This document shows positions 31,585-41,732 of a stretch of 64,000 nucleotides of DNA, in pieces; within the stretch, counting starts at the first letter, position 1, and each line of letters opens with the position of its first letter. A program made the position numbers and the translations under genes. Source of the DNA: Thecamonas trahens ATCC 50062 (Eukaryota; Protista; Apusomonadida); contig NW_013657650.1 in the NCBI RefSeq assembly GCF_000142905.1, positions 255,388 through 319,387 on the forward strand, written 5' to 3'. A model generated the notes under the pieces. It was not told the origin of the DNA. It worked only from the letters and a program-made list of their open reading frames with translations, and searched no databases.

Positions 31585-32811
31585 ATGTTCCGGCTGCGGT
31601 GCGTGACGCGTTCGACCGGCCTCGCAGCATTCGGACAGAAGCTGGCACAGATCAGCAGGGCGAGCATCGGGAACAGTGCTGTCCGTACCATGAGCTCAGA
31701 AGTCGGAGGAGCTGGCGGTGCTGCAGAGGCCGTCGAGGCAGTGCCGTTTGAGGCCAGCCTCCCGTGGGCTCTCACCATTGCCGGCAAGGAGTGGCGCCGG
31801 CCCGGATGCGACGAGCCGCGCAGCAGGGTCCTCGCCCTGCACGGCTGGTGCGATTCGGCGGCATCGTACGACAAGCTCGCGCCGCTTCTGGTCACCGCGC
31901 CCGGCGGGCCAGACTCGGTCTTGGCCATCGATCTGCCTGGTCACGGGCTCTCTTCCTGGCGCGCACCCGATGCCAACTACCACTACGTCGACTACGTCCA
32001 CGACGTCATGGGCCTCATGGTCCAGGAGGGCCTCCTTCACGATCCGCACACCGCCCGCGTCTCGCCTGCTGCCGGCGATGCCGATGGCACCGACAAGCCG
32101 CCCCACATCACTCTGATGGGCCACTCGATGGGTGGCGGTATCGCCGTCATGCTCGCCGGCGCATGGCCGCACGCCATCGACCGACTCGTCCTCATCGAGG
32201 GCGCAGGCACGCTGCCCGCAACCACCGATGCCGACCAGGTCGATGTCGTCGCCTCATTTGTTGCCTCCAAGCTCAAGTACGCCTCTGCCAAGTCGGCGCC
32301 GCGCCCACATCCGCGGCGCGATGCCATGGCCGAGCGCCTCGTCCAGGCCCTCCGTGGCAAGGGTGCAATGGACCTCGACGCCGCTCGCACCCTCGTTGCT
32401 CGCGGCACCCGCCAGCTCCCATCCGGCGAGTTTACCTGGCGCTCCGATCCTCGGCTCCGCATGGCCGCCCCCTACCGCATCTCCGAGCCCTCGCTCCGCG
32501 CCTTTCTCGGCAACATCGCCGCGCCAGCCGTCCTCGTCATGGCCTCGCGCGGCTGGCCCATTCCCGATGAGCTTGTCGCCGAGCGCCTGGCTGCCGTCCC
32601 ACATCTGCAGGCCGTCCGCCTCGACGGCTCGCACCACCTTCATCTCGAGGTCGCTGAGACTTTGGCTGACCTCTTTGTGCCGTTCATTGCCGAGGACTCG
32701 GGCGTCGAAGAACCGCAGGTGGCGGCACAGGTCATCGCCGACGCCATGGCCACACCCCGCCTGGCCGCATCTGCGGCTACCGCGGCTGCTGCCGCTGCAT
32801 CCAGTGACTGA
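31585..32811 (+). CDS. SERHL-like alpha/beta hydrolase, possible mitochondrial presequence
   Basis: VLALHGWCDSAASY, AIDLPGHGLS, GHSMGG nucleophile elbow, DPRL, GSHHLHL. Confidence 0.88.
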   Translation: MFRLRCVTRSTGLAAFGQKLAQISRASIGNSAVRTMSSEVGGAGGAAEAVEAVPFEASLPWALTIAGKEWRRPGCDEPRSRVLALHGWCDSAASYDKLAPLLVTAPGGPDSVLAIDLPGHGLSSWRAPDANYHYVDYVHDVMGLMVQEGLLHDPHTARVSPAAGDADGTDKPPHITLMGHSMGGGIAVMLAGAWPHAIDRLVLIEGAGTLPATTDADQVDVVASFVASKLKYASAKSAPRPHPRRDAMAERLVQALRGKGAMDLDAARTLVARGTRQLPSGEFTWRSDPRLRMAAPYRISEPSLRAFLGNIAAPAVLVMASRGWPIPDELVAERLAAVPHLQAVRLDGSHHLHLEVAETLADLFVPFIAEDSGVEEPQVAAQVIADAMATPRLAASAATAAAAAASSD

Positions 32812-32853
32812 TGCGAAAGCTCGCCTGCGGCGAGCATGGCAGCTGGATGCAGA

Positions 32854-34699
32854 CTAGCTTTGGGAGTCGTCGCTTGCGCGCTCGGCCCCTGACCCATGCT
32901 CGACGTCGCTTCTCTCATCACTTGCGCTCGCCCGTGTCATCTCAACCTCTCCGCTCTCGCTCTCGTGCGCCGGCCCGACCTTGGCCGTCCGTTTCGACGC
33001 TGCGCCGGCGATTCCACCGGCTGCGAGCAGCCACGCCACCGACCACATGTGCCGTTCGCCCCAAGCGATAAATTTGAGAGCGATAAACGCAGGCTCAGAG
33101 ACAAGGTACGTGGAGACCCAAGTAGCACCGATCTGGCCGAGGATGGCGCCGACGTCGATGTTGTGAGAGTCGCCCACAACCTCCGGCCCGGCGACCAGAA
33201 AGAATGCTGCGCCGCCGGCACCCACCACCGCCAGCCCTACGCCGATCGCCATGGCCACAGCCCGCGGGACCTTAGGCCCGTCTGCAAGGAACGGGCCGTC
33301 CTGCACTGTCGTCCGGAACAGCTCCACACCCAGCACCGTCGACAGGATGGTGCCCACCACAAATGAGAGCAGGAACGACGAGCCGATGTTCTCGATCGAT
33401 CCGCCGGGCTCCGCCAGGTTGTCGAGATTGAGCGCAGCCACAACCGCCACAGACAAGACCTGCAGCAGCAGCGAGAGCGTCAGGCCTATGATTCGCGGAA
33501 TGAACGAGTACGGATCGCCGACCGGGTGGGCGAAAATGCCGATGATTGACGACTCGCGCATGATCTTGGTCACAATGTTGACCGAGACCAGGCGGTCCTG
33601 GTTGGCGAGAGCAAACGACGAGGCCTTGGACCGCTTGAAAGCAGCGACAATGAGAAAAGCAACTGCGGCAGCGACAATGAGGTAGACCGAGATCGAGGTC
33701 GACGACGACGGCGACGAAAAGTGGTCCGGCGACGCCTGGAAGCCTTCGCCGCCCGAGTTGGCGAAGCCAAAGCAGCGCGGGTAGACCCATTCGTTGTCGT
33801 CAAAGCCTCGCTTGCATCCAGGCGAGACGGTAAAGTCGACCGGCGGAAAGCCGGCGTCGTTACAGTTGGCCCGATCACAGTCGGGGGTGGAGCAAAGGAG
33901 GCCACCCGGCACGCCCGACCGACACTCCATGGTGAGGAATCCCGAATCCATGGGAATGCATGCTCCAACCTCGGCGTAAAACACCGCATCGGGCGGAGAG
34001 TGCAGGCTCGAGCATGTCTCGTTGGACGGCGGCGTCGGTCCGAACCACGTATGGAACTCGATTCCCTGTACAAACCGCTCCGGCGGCGTGGGGAACCTGT
34101 CCAGACACTCGAACTTGCGAAAGCCCTTCTCCTCATCATGGGAGCGGATGTCCTTATTCGAGTAACATTCGCCTGGTGTGAGGATCTTGGTCAAGGTGAG
34201 GTTGTTGACCGGCGGATCGAGCTGGTGCGGACAGACGGTGCCGTGCCACACCTCGATCCGGCCGTCCGCCGTGCAGATGATGGCCTCAACCTCATTTGTA
34301 CAATCATTGCAACTCTGCGAACATGCCCCATCCACCCCATGCGGTGGATGCGCAAACTCGACCAGCGCCTTGTCCCGTGAGCTGATGACCATCGCCCATT
34401 CCGTCCATTCCGCCCGCCACCCGGCCACACACGGCCGCCTCGACCCAAGTGAGTCCCCCTTTCTCCCTCCTCCGTCCGCCTAACATGCGCTCTCCATTGC
34501 CACGCGTACCATCGCACAGTCGGATCATCGCCATAGAGCTGCTCGAGCACATGCTTGAACCCATTAAGTGGAGGCCCAACTGGCCCAGGTGGTACGGGAC
34601 CTGGCCCAGGTGGTACGGGACCTGGCCCAGGTGGTACGTGTTGCTCGTCAGGGCCACCAAGAGCAGCACGACGAGGACCAAACTCATGCACCTCCGCAT
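32854..34699 (-). CDS. Surface membrane protein: signal peptide, Pro/Gly repeats, Cys-rich ectodomain, about 5-6 TM; intron about 34509-34440 and a frame break near 34640
   Basis: MRRCMSLVLVVLLLVALTS leader; PPGPGPV x3; GTACGC donor and CTCAC..GAG acceptor join in phase; many Cys; TM block with SIIGIFAHPVGDPYSFIPRIIGLTLSLLL. Confidence 0.6.
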
Positions 34700-34758
34700 G
34701 ACGGTGGCGTATATAAGGGAACTCATGCACCTCCGCATGACGGTGGCGTATATAAGGG
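34681..34758. repeat. Perfect 39-bp tandem duplication
   Basis: aactcatgcacctccgcatgacggtggcgtatataaggg x2. Confidence 0.95.
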
Positions 34759-35484
34759 GGGGGGGGTAGTTGGGTGCGGGTTTGTACGAGTAACCTCACC
34801 CTTGCTTGCCTCTTTCCTGGCGTCGAGTGTCTGCCTCTAGGTACCAATCAGTCTCTCTGCTATCCTGTTGGTCGTTGTCTTCGTGTCGTCTTGGTCGTCG
34901 TCCCCGTTCTCCACACTTTTCCGCCAATATGGGCGGCGTTGTGTCACGCCCTTCCCGCCTTTTCTTTTTGAAGGAGCACCGAGGGAATGCGCGCAAGCTG
35001 TGGAAATGCGACGAGCTCAGCCCGCTGTGTCACGCCATCATGCTCGATGTCGAGTCGGAGTGAGTGAGCAACCAGCGTGGTGGTGATGGTGATCTTGGCG
35101 CTATTCCCAGCCGTGATGTCGTCCCACACTGACAGAAGCATTCCGTGACGGAACAAGCCGCCTCCAAGCGAGATAACAATGGAGGCAATACTACCACCCC
35201 AGCTCCGCAAGCCGTTGATGGCATTACTCAGAGTTGTCACGATCGCCTTGAGGCTCCTGAACGTGCTCCTCGACGGCTACTTCTTCGCCGTCGTTCGCTT
35301 TTACTCCCAATTGCGCCGCGGCTATGATGTTTGGCCTAATTCGGCGTTCGGCCGATCCTGTGGGCCATCCACGGCGAGGCACCGACCCTCCCTCCCCTCC
35401 CTCCCCCTCCCTCCCTCGCACCGGCGCTCTGACCAGGAATCACGTTCGTTCTCTCGCCACACCTCTCTCGAGAGCACGCCACAC

Positions 35485-37001
35485 ATGAAGGCAGGAGTAG
35501 TTGCGGCTGTAGGCGCGGCGGTGGCAGCGACGGCTGCGACTGCATTCTACGCCGGGGCACGCTACGCGGCGGGCAGCCGGAGCGAGTCGACGGCTTCGAC
35601 GAGGACGGACACCAAGACAGGGGCAGGGGCAGGGGCAGGGGCTGGAGCTGAGAGCGTGGGCGATGGAGGGATCGGCGGAGGATGTGATGCGGACGATGAG
35701 CTCCTTCATGCGCAGCAGTTCAAGCGTTGCGTGGCGTTCCTGGGCGAGGAGGGCTTTGGCCGGCTGCGTGGGGCGACGGTGGTGGTGGTGGGATGCGGCG
35801 GCGTCGGCTCGCACTGCGCGCACATGCTCGCGCGATCAGGGGTGGGTACGCTTGTGCTGATTGACTTTGACCAAGTGACACTCTCGTCGCTCAACCGCCA
35901 CGCGACGGCGACGTGGGCGGACGTGGGCAAGCCCAAGGTGACGGCGATGGCGGCGGCGTTTGCGGCGTCGGCGCCGGCTGTCAAGGTTGTGGCCAAGCCA
36001 CTGATGTTCACAGGCGAGGCCGCAGCCGAGCTGCTGCTGGGCGCGGGCGGTGAGGCGCCGGACTTTGTCATCGACTGCATCGACAACCGCAAGACCAAGG
36101 TCGACCTGCTCATGTACTGCACCGACAACGACATTCCAGTGGTGTCGTCGATGGGCGCCGGCGCGCGGGCGGACCCGTCGCGCATCCGGGTGGCAGACAT
36201 CATGGAGACGTCGGCTGACGCGTTTGCACGGCGGCTCCGTGCCGATCTGCGCAAGCGCGGCCTGACCAAGCCTATCCCGTGCGTGTACTCGACTGAGCCG
36301 GCCGGCTCGACGCTCGCGCCACTGCCGGCCGAGGTCGCGGCGGCACCCGACGAGTACACCCTCTTCCCGGACCTGCACTTTCGGGTCTCGATCATTCCGG
36401 TCCTCGGCATGGTGCCGGCCATGTTTGGCAACGCGCTCGCGGCATTTGTCGTCATGGAGATCAGCCGCCCCGTCGAGCCGGTGCCGGACGAGGTTGCGCT
36501 CGACCCGGATGCGCCGGCGTCCAAGACCCGCGTTGCGCCGTCCAAGGTGGTGAACCACGCCCAGGGCGCGCCGAACCGCAACGAGCGTTTTTTGCCAACC
36601 TTGCCGGCGATGCACGCCAACACAAGGAGACCGAGGCGGAGCGGTCGCCGCTCGGGGCCGAGCTCGACGCCGCCTTTCCGGGCTGGACCTTTTCCAAGGC
36701 CGACGCCAAGTATGTGGCCATCGAAATGTGGCACAATGTGTCGGCCCGGCGTGGGCACGCCTCGCGCCGGCTCACACTTGTTCGGTGGGATCCGGCGGCG
36801 CCATCGGTCCCGGCCAACCTCGTGCTTGTCACCCGGAAAGAGGCCAAGGCCATGAGCGCCGTCCCGCTGGCCGAGCGCGCCGCCCGCTATGGCACCGACT
36901 GGGTCGCCTGGGTCGAGTCGCGCCTCGCCATGGGCCGCGCCTACATGGAGCGCGTCCGCGACGAAGCCGCCGCCATGGCCAGTGCCGATGCCGACGCGTA
37001 G
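35485..37001 (+). CDS. tRNA threonylcarbamoyladenosine dehydratase (TcdA/TCD1-2, ThiF family); frame break near 36600-36630
   Basis: N-terminal anchor; VVVGCGGVGS, LIDFDQVTLSSLNRH, DCIDN..TKVDLL, SSMGAG..DPSRI, VYSTE, FRVSIIPVLG.VPAMFG; second frame LTLVRWD..NLVLVTRKEA resembles the fungal TCD C-terminus. Confidence 0.9.
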
Positions 37002-37020
37002 AGCCTGCTCCAGTATATCC

Positions 37021-37090
37021 CAGCAAATGCGCCACCAGCATGTGCGCCATCAGCATGTGCGCCATCAGCTTGTGCGCCCTGAGCATGTTC
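37021..37090. repeat. 15-bp tandem repeat, about 4.5 copies
   Basis: cagcatgtgcgccat-like units. Confidence 0.75.
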
Positions 37091-37681
37091 GACCGGACAT
37101 GCCATGTCGCACAAGCCAAGCTGTAAACCGGCACACCGGCACACCTGTGCATGGTCTGTAGTAGAGGCACTGCCATCCCAGCGTGTGCCTGGGAAGGTGA
37201 TGATGGGGAAGATGTTATGATGGATGAGCGGGAGCTTGTGCAGCAGACCTTGAACTTGCATGTGATTCATTCGACGACAACCAATGAATGCGTAAGGAGG
37301 TCGAGGGAGGGAAAGGAAGAGGAGGAGGGAGGGGGGGGGAAGGGGGGGGGGAGGGGGGAGGGGAGGGGGGAGGGGAGGGGGAGCCATTTGAACTAATATG
37401 GAAGCCATCTCGGAAATAGTCAGACTGTTTGGAGTATTCCGAATTGGCGCTGACTGTGGACCACACCGCACTCAACCAGCCCACACCCGACCAATCTAAC
37501 AGTCCTCACCCCTTCCTCACTCCCCCACCCCCCCCCCACCCCACCCTCCACCCCCCACCACGCCACATACTACGACACACTCTGGTGTACCTCTGGTTGT
37601 ACCCTTCTCCATCCCCCCCCTTGCTGGCTATCCAAGTGGTGAACAAGAAGCATACCCGCACGTGCGAGCTGACTACCAACC

Positions 37682-38545
37682 ATGTCGTCCATGGTCTCTC
37701 TGGTCCGCAAGGCACTCCGTCGGCCACCGTCACCACCACCGTCATCTCCAGTTGCAGGCTATTCTCCGTCAAAACGATTTGGTGATAATGGTCCGGCGTC
37801 GGCTTCGTCTGCCCATGCCGCGCCCAACTCGTCGCCTCATCATCATCCTCCTCATCATCACGCCCTCAAGCCAAGGGCTCTTGCTACCAAGCTTGCCGCA
37901 TGTATGGTTGTCCCTGATGCCGATGACTGTGCCCTTGGCCAGGCAGACATGGATGGTCTGGCTGCGGCTGCGGCGGGCGAAGATGCTGATCTTTATCCGC
38001 CGCGCCACATGCGGGCGCTCAGTGACGACGATGACGGCGACGACGACGATGGCCTGCTGATCGGCCACGCCCAGTTTGGCGCTTTCCAGGACAGCGATGA
38101 AGACGTCGATGACGACGATGAGTGGGTCCTGGTCGAGTTTGATGACCTCAACTCGCTGCTCATCACAGACGCGCTGGCCGCAGGAGCAGCCGCCGACACT
38201 GCAGCCGCTGAAGACGCCGACGCAGGCCTTGCCGGCCTAGCGTCGATGGACGTCGCAGGCGGCATGGCCCACGTGCCGGGCCTCCCCACTGCGCTCAGCA
38301 GACGCAAGCGCCGCCGCGACGCGCTCGAGCTCGCGTCTCAAGCGCCGGGCGTCTTCCCGGCCTTCTCTATGCTCCCCAAGATCGACGACGACTTTGTCGG
38401 CGACGTCGACGCCGACTATCACACAATCCCTTTCCGCTCGCACCCGACCGGGCGCACAGGCTCCTCATTCTCATCACTGCCGGAGATGGGCTCGTCTCGC
38501 GGTTTGGTCCGGCCGCGCAAGCGGCGCAAGTCGCTGCAGGACTGA
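37682..38545 (+). CDS. Disordered acidic protein with LIR/AIM-like and NLS-like motifs
   Basis: 287-aa ORF, coding-like codons; DDDDEWVLV, RRKRRR, RPRKRRK. Confidence 0.6.
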   Translation: MSSMVSLVRKALRRPPSPPPSSPVAGYSPSKRFGDNGPASASSAHAAPNSSPHHHPPHHHALKPRALATKLAACMVVPDADDCALGQADMDGLAAAAAGEDADLYPPRHMRALSDDDDGDDDDGLLIGHAQFGAFQDSDEDVDDDDEWVLVEFDDLNSLLITDALAAGAAADTAAAEDADAGLAGLASMDVAGGMAHVPGLPTALSRRKRRRDALELASQAPGVFPAFSMLPKIDDDFVGDVDADYHTIPFRSHPTGRTGSSFSSLPEMGSSRGLVRPRKRRKSLQD

Positions 38546-38680
38546 TCTTAGTGAACAACAGAGTACATCATTCCTTGTGGCCGCCACGAGGGTCGGGCAG
38601 CACTTGGTGCACATGTCATCATTCCACGTGGGCACCATGGGAGCTTGGCCGATAAGATGTAAAACGAAGGGTTGACGGCT

Positions 38681-39076
38681 CTAGCCACCATCGCCACGCG
38701 CCGCGACCAGGCCTGCACAGTACCCGGCGTGGTACCAGGCGTGGAGCAGGTCTACCAGGACCGGGTCGTCTGCAATCCTCTGCGGCAGCGGAAGCGATGG
38801 GGCAATGGTCTCGACTACGTGTGGAGCTTGTTCGCCATCCGATGCCGATGCCGATGCCGATGCCGATACCTCCTCCCAGGCCCCCGGCAGCAGGTCCGAG
38901 CCAACCGAGTCAGCTGAGCCGACCGAGTTGGCCGACTCATCGACCATGTTGTCGCCTGTTGGTGCACAATCAGGCGGAGGACCAGGGAGAGGAGTCTGAA
39001 TGTGCTGGTATGTAGCAGATGATGCGAGAGTGGTGAATGCAGCTGCTAGGGCGTCGTCGTCGATGGGGGCTGCCAT
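38681..39076 (-). CDS. SMN: Minimal survival-motor-neuron (SMN) homolog without Tudor domain
   Basis: N-terminal IDDDALAAAF (like WDDTALIKAY, Gemin2-binding) and C-terminal LVDLLHAWYHAGYCAGL (YG box); 131 aa. Confidence 0.72.
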   Translation of the reverse strand: MAAPIDDDALAAAFTTLASSATYQHIQTPLPGPPPDCAPTGDNMVDESANSVGSADSVGSDLLPGAWEEVSASASASASDGEQAPHVVETIAPSLPLPQRIADDPVLVDLLHAWYHAGYCAGLVAARGDGG

Positions 39077-39214
39077 GGCGGGAGTGAGGTGGTGGCCGGA
39101 GCTGAAAGGGGGGGAGGCGGGCAGCGACAGGAGGGAGAAGGCGAGTGATCGCGACAAGGTGAATGGGCACGTGTTTGCGTGTGAGGACAGACAGGGGCAA
39201 TATGGGCGGAGAAT

Positions 39215-40577
39215 CTACAGCTCCTTGGGCGGCGGCGGCGGCGGCGGCTTGGAGATGACCGGCGGCTTGGAGGTCTTGGCAGCCTTTGCTTCGGCGGCGA
39301 GAGCAGCGGCGGTGGCGGCGTCGGTGATGACGGGCGTGGGCGGCGGCGGCGGGATCTTCTCGGCAATGACGACTTCGGAGGCGACGCCCCACTTGGAGAT
39401 GACGTTGTGGTGGGTGATCTTCCACTGCGAGTCGGGAAGGTAGTCGCGGGTCCGGATGGGCCGCGAGCCGGCAAGGAGCGGCGGGTAGATGGCGTAGAGC
39501 GAGGACCACATCGAGGTGACAAAGGTGGAGATCAACGAGTTGCCACGGGTCTGCGAGACGAGGCAGACCCGGCCGTAGTCGTCGCGGACCTCTTTGTGGG
39601 CGTAGCTGATGATGGCCTCGATGTCCGAGGGCGGAATCTTGTCGAGGACGTAGGTGGCGATGACGGCGTCAAAGCCCTTCCAGTTGAGACGCGACGAGCC
39701 GTGCTTCGAGTTGCGAGTCCGGCCGACGGCGAGGTCGTTGCGCGGATCGTCGTCGCGCTTCCAGCGGATGCAAGCACGGCCAGTGTCGAGGTGCTTGGAG
39801 ACGCGATGGACGGTGGTGTGGAACATCTTCTCAGAGACCTCAAAGCCCTCGTAGGTGGCGTTGGCCGGCATTCGCTTGTCGAGGAGGAACTGAGCAAGAC
39901 CACCATTCCCCGGACCAAACTCAAGCACGCCCCACACATCCTTGAGCTGGCACTTGCGGATCATCTCGTTCATGGCCGGGCCTGCGTACCAGTGGTACAA
40001 CGTCTCATGCATGTCACCGAGGCTGTGCACGCCAAAGCAGAGGTGTGCGTGTGTGAGTGATAGGTGATCAGAGGTCGCAGAGTGTGGGGAAGAAAAGGGA
40101 CCAGAAAAAAGGACTGCCCGACAAAGGGGGGGGGGTGCTCCAGCAGCAGCCAGCCACAGGTGCCAGGCGAGCCGGGGAAGGGGGCGGGGGGGAGAAGGAA
40201 TGACGGGGGCGTGGGCATGGGTATGAGTATGGGGCGTACAAGTCAAAGGCGGAGACCAGTTCGTGCTTAGGAAGGGCGTCGAGTGGCTTCTCTGTGCCAA
40301 GCAGCAGCATCTGGCCATGGAGGAAGAGAGCGAGGAAGGGGAGGGCGAGGAGGAGGAGGCAGATGTACCAGGGGAAGAAGCAGACAGGCGGAGGGAGAGG
40401 ACGACGCCGCACCACTCTCTTCTTCTTCTTCTTCCTCTTGCTCCTCACATCATCTGCTCCTCTTCCTCCATCTCCTTCTCCTTCATTGCCATGGCTAGCT
40501 GAACCGGGCTGGTGGTCGGCCTTGCGCTGCCGCAGCTCAGACTGCGTGCTGACCTCAGTTGCCTCTTGGCTGGACAT
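39215..40577 (-). CDS. Membrane-anchored class I SAM-dependent methyltransferase; intron 40239-40023
   Basis: Exon 1 has a basic patch and TM; GTACGC..CAG intron in phase 2; VLEFGPGNGG motif I, GFEVSEKM, FDAVIATYVLD, GRVCLVS. Confidence 0.82.
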
Positions 40578-40649
40578 GACCTTTTCTGGAGTCGAATGTC
40601 GGTCGGGCCCGTAGTCACTGCCGACTGTGCTCGCTGTGGCTGCTGCCCA

Positions 40650-41545
40650 TCACGGTCGGCTGTGGGCGGCTGCTTGCCATCACGGTGGACTAAGGACGGC
40701 TGCTTGCCATCGCTATTGACTAAGGACGGCTGCCATCGCTATCGACTGCGGACGGCTGCTTGCCATCACGATTGACTAAGGACGGCTGCCATCGCTATCG
40801 ACTGCGGGCGGCTGCTGGCCATCACGATTGACTAAGGACGGCTGCTTGTCATCACGATTGACTAAGGACGGCTGCTTGTCATCACAATTGACTAAGGACG
40901 GCTGCGATCGCTATCGACTGCGTGCGGCTGTTTGCCATCACGATTGACTAAGGACGGCTGCTTGTCATCACGATGGACTAAGGACGGCTGCTTGTCATCA
41001 CAATTGACTAAGGACGGCTGCCATCGCTATCGACTGCGTGCGGCTGTTTGCCATCACGATTGACTAAGGACGGCTGCTTGTCATCACGATTGACTAAGGA
41101 CGGCTGCCATCGCTATCGACTGCGGACGGCTGCTTGCCATCACGATTGACTAAGGACGGCTGCCATCGCTATCGACTGCGGGCGGCTGCTGGCCATCACG
41201 ATTGACTAAGGACGGCTGCTTGTCATCACAATTGACTAAGGACGGCTGCCATCGCTATCGACTGCGGACGGCTGCTTGCCATCACGATTGACTAAGGACG
41301 GCTGCTTGTCATCACAATTGACTAAGGACGGCTGCCATCGCTATCGACTGCGGACGGCTGCTTGCCATCACGATTGACTAAGGACGGCTGCCATCGCTAT
41401 CGACTGCGTGCGGCTGTTTGCCATCACGATTGACTAAGGACGGCTGCTTGTCATCACGATGGACTAAGGACGGCTGCTTGTCATCACAATTGACTAAGGA
41501 CGGCTGCCATCGCTATCGACTGCACGATTGACTCTTGCCATCGCT
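40650..41545. repeat. Composite 26/30-bp minisatellite (about 30 units)
   Basis: Units gactaaggacggctgcttg(c/t)catcac(g/a)att (30), gactaaggacggctgccatcgctatc (26), gactgcg(g/t)(a/g)cggctg..gccatcacgatt (30). Confidence 0.95.
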
Positions 41546-41732
41546 TGGACAAGGGCCATCTACAGGTTGCTTGCCTAGACATTAGATGCTGAGGAGATTA
41601 ATTAGAGCCTAGTGACTGGTGCAGCTAGGGCAGCCAGTCAGACGGGTGAGCCGAGCCGATCAGCTGCGGGCAAAGTGTGAGCTGGCGAACAGCTGAGAGG
41701 CATTCAGACTGCACTTGGACGAGGCGTGAAGG

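Noticed and set aside
34850-35400. Short ORFs between the membrane protein and TCD genes
   Set aside because: No motif, atypical codon usage, no consistent splice model
19235-40577. Oxylipin gene cluster (AOS-LOX with hydrolase, methyltransferase and secreted protein)
   Set aside because: These genes are interspersed with unrelated housekeeping genes; no evidence of co-regulation
40650-41545. CRISPR-like array
   Set aside because: Units abut with no unique spacers, no cas genes, eukaryotic context; it is a minisatellite
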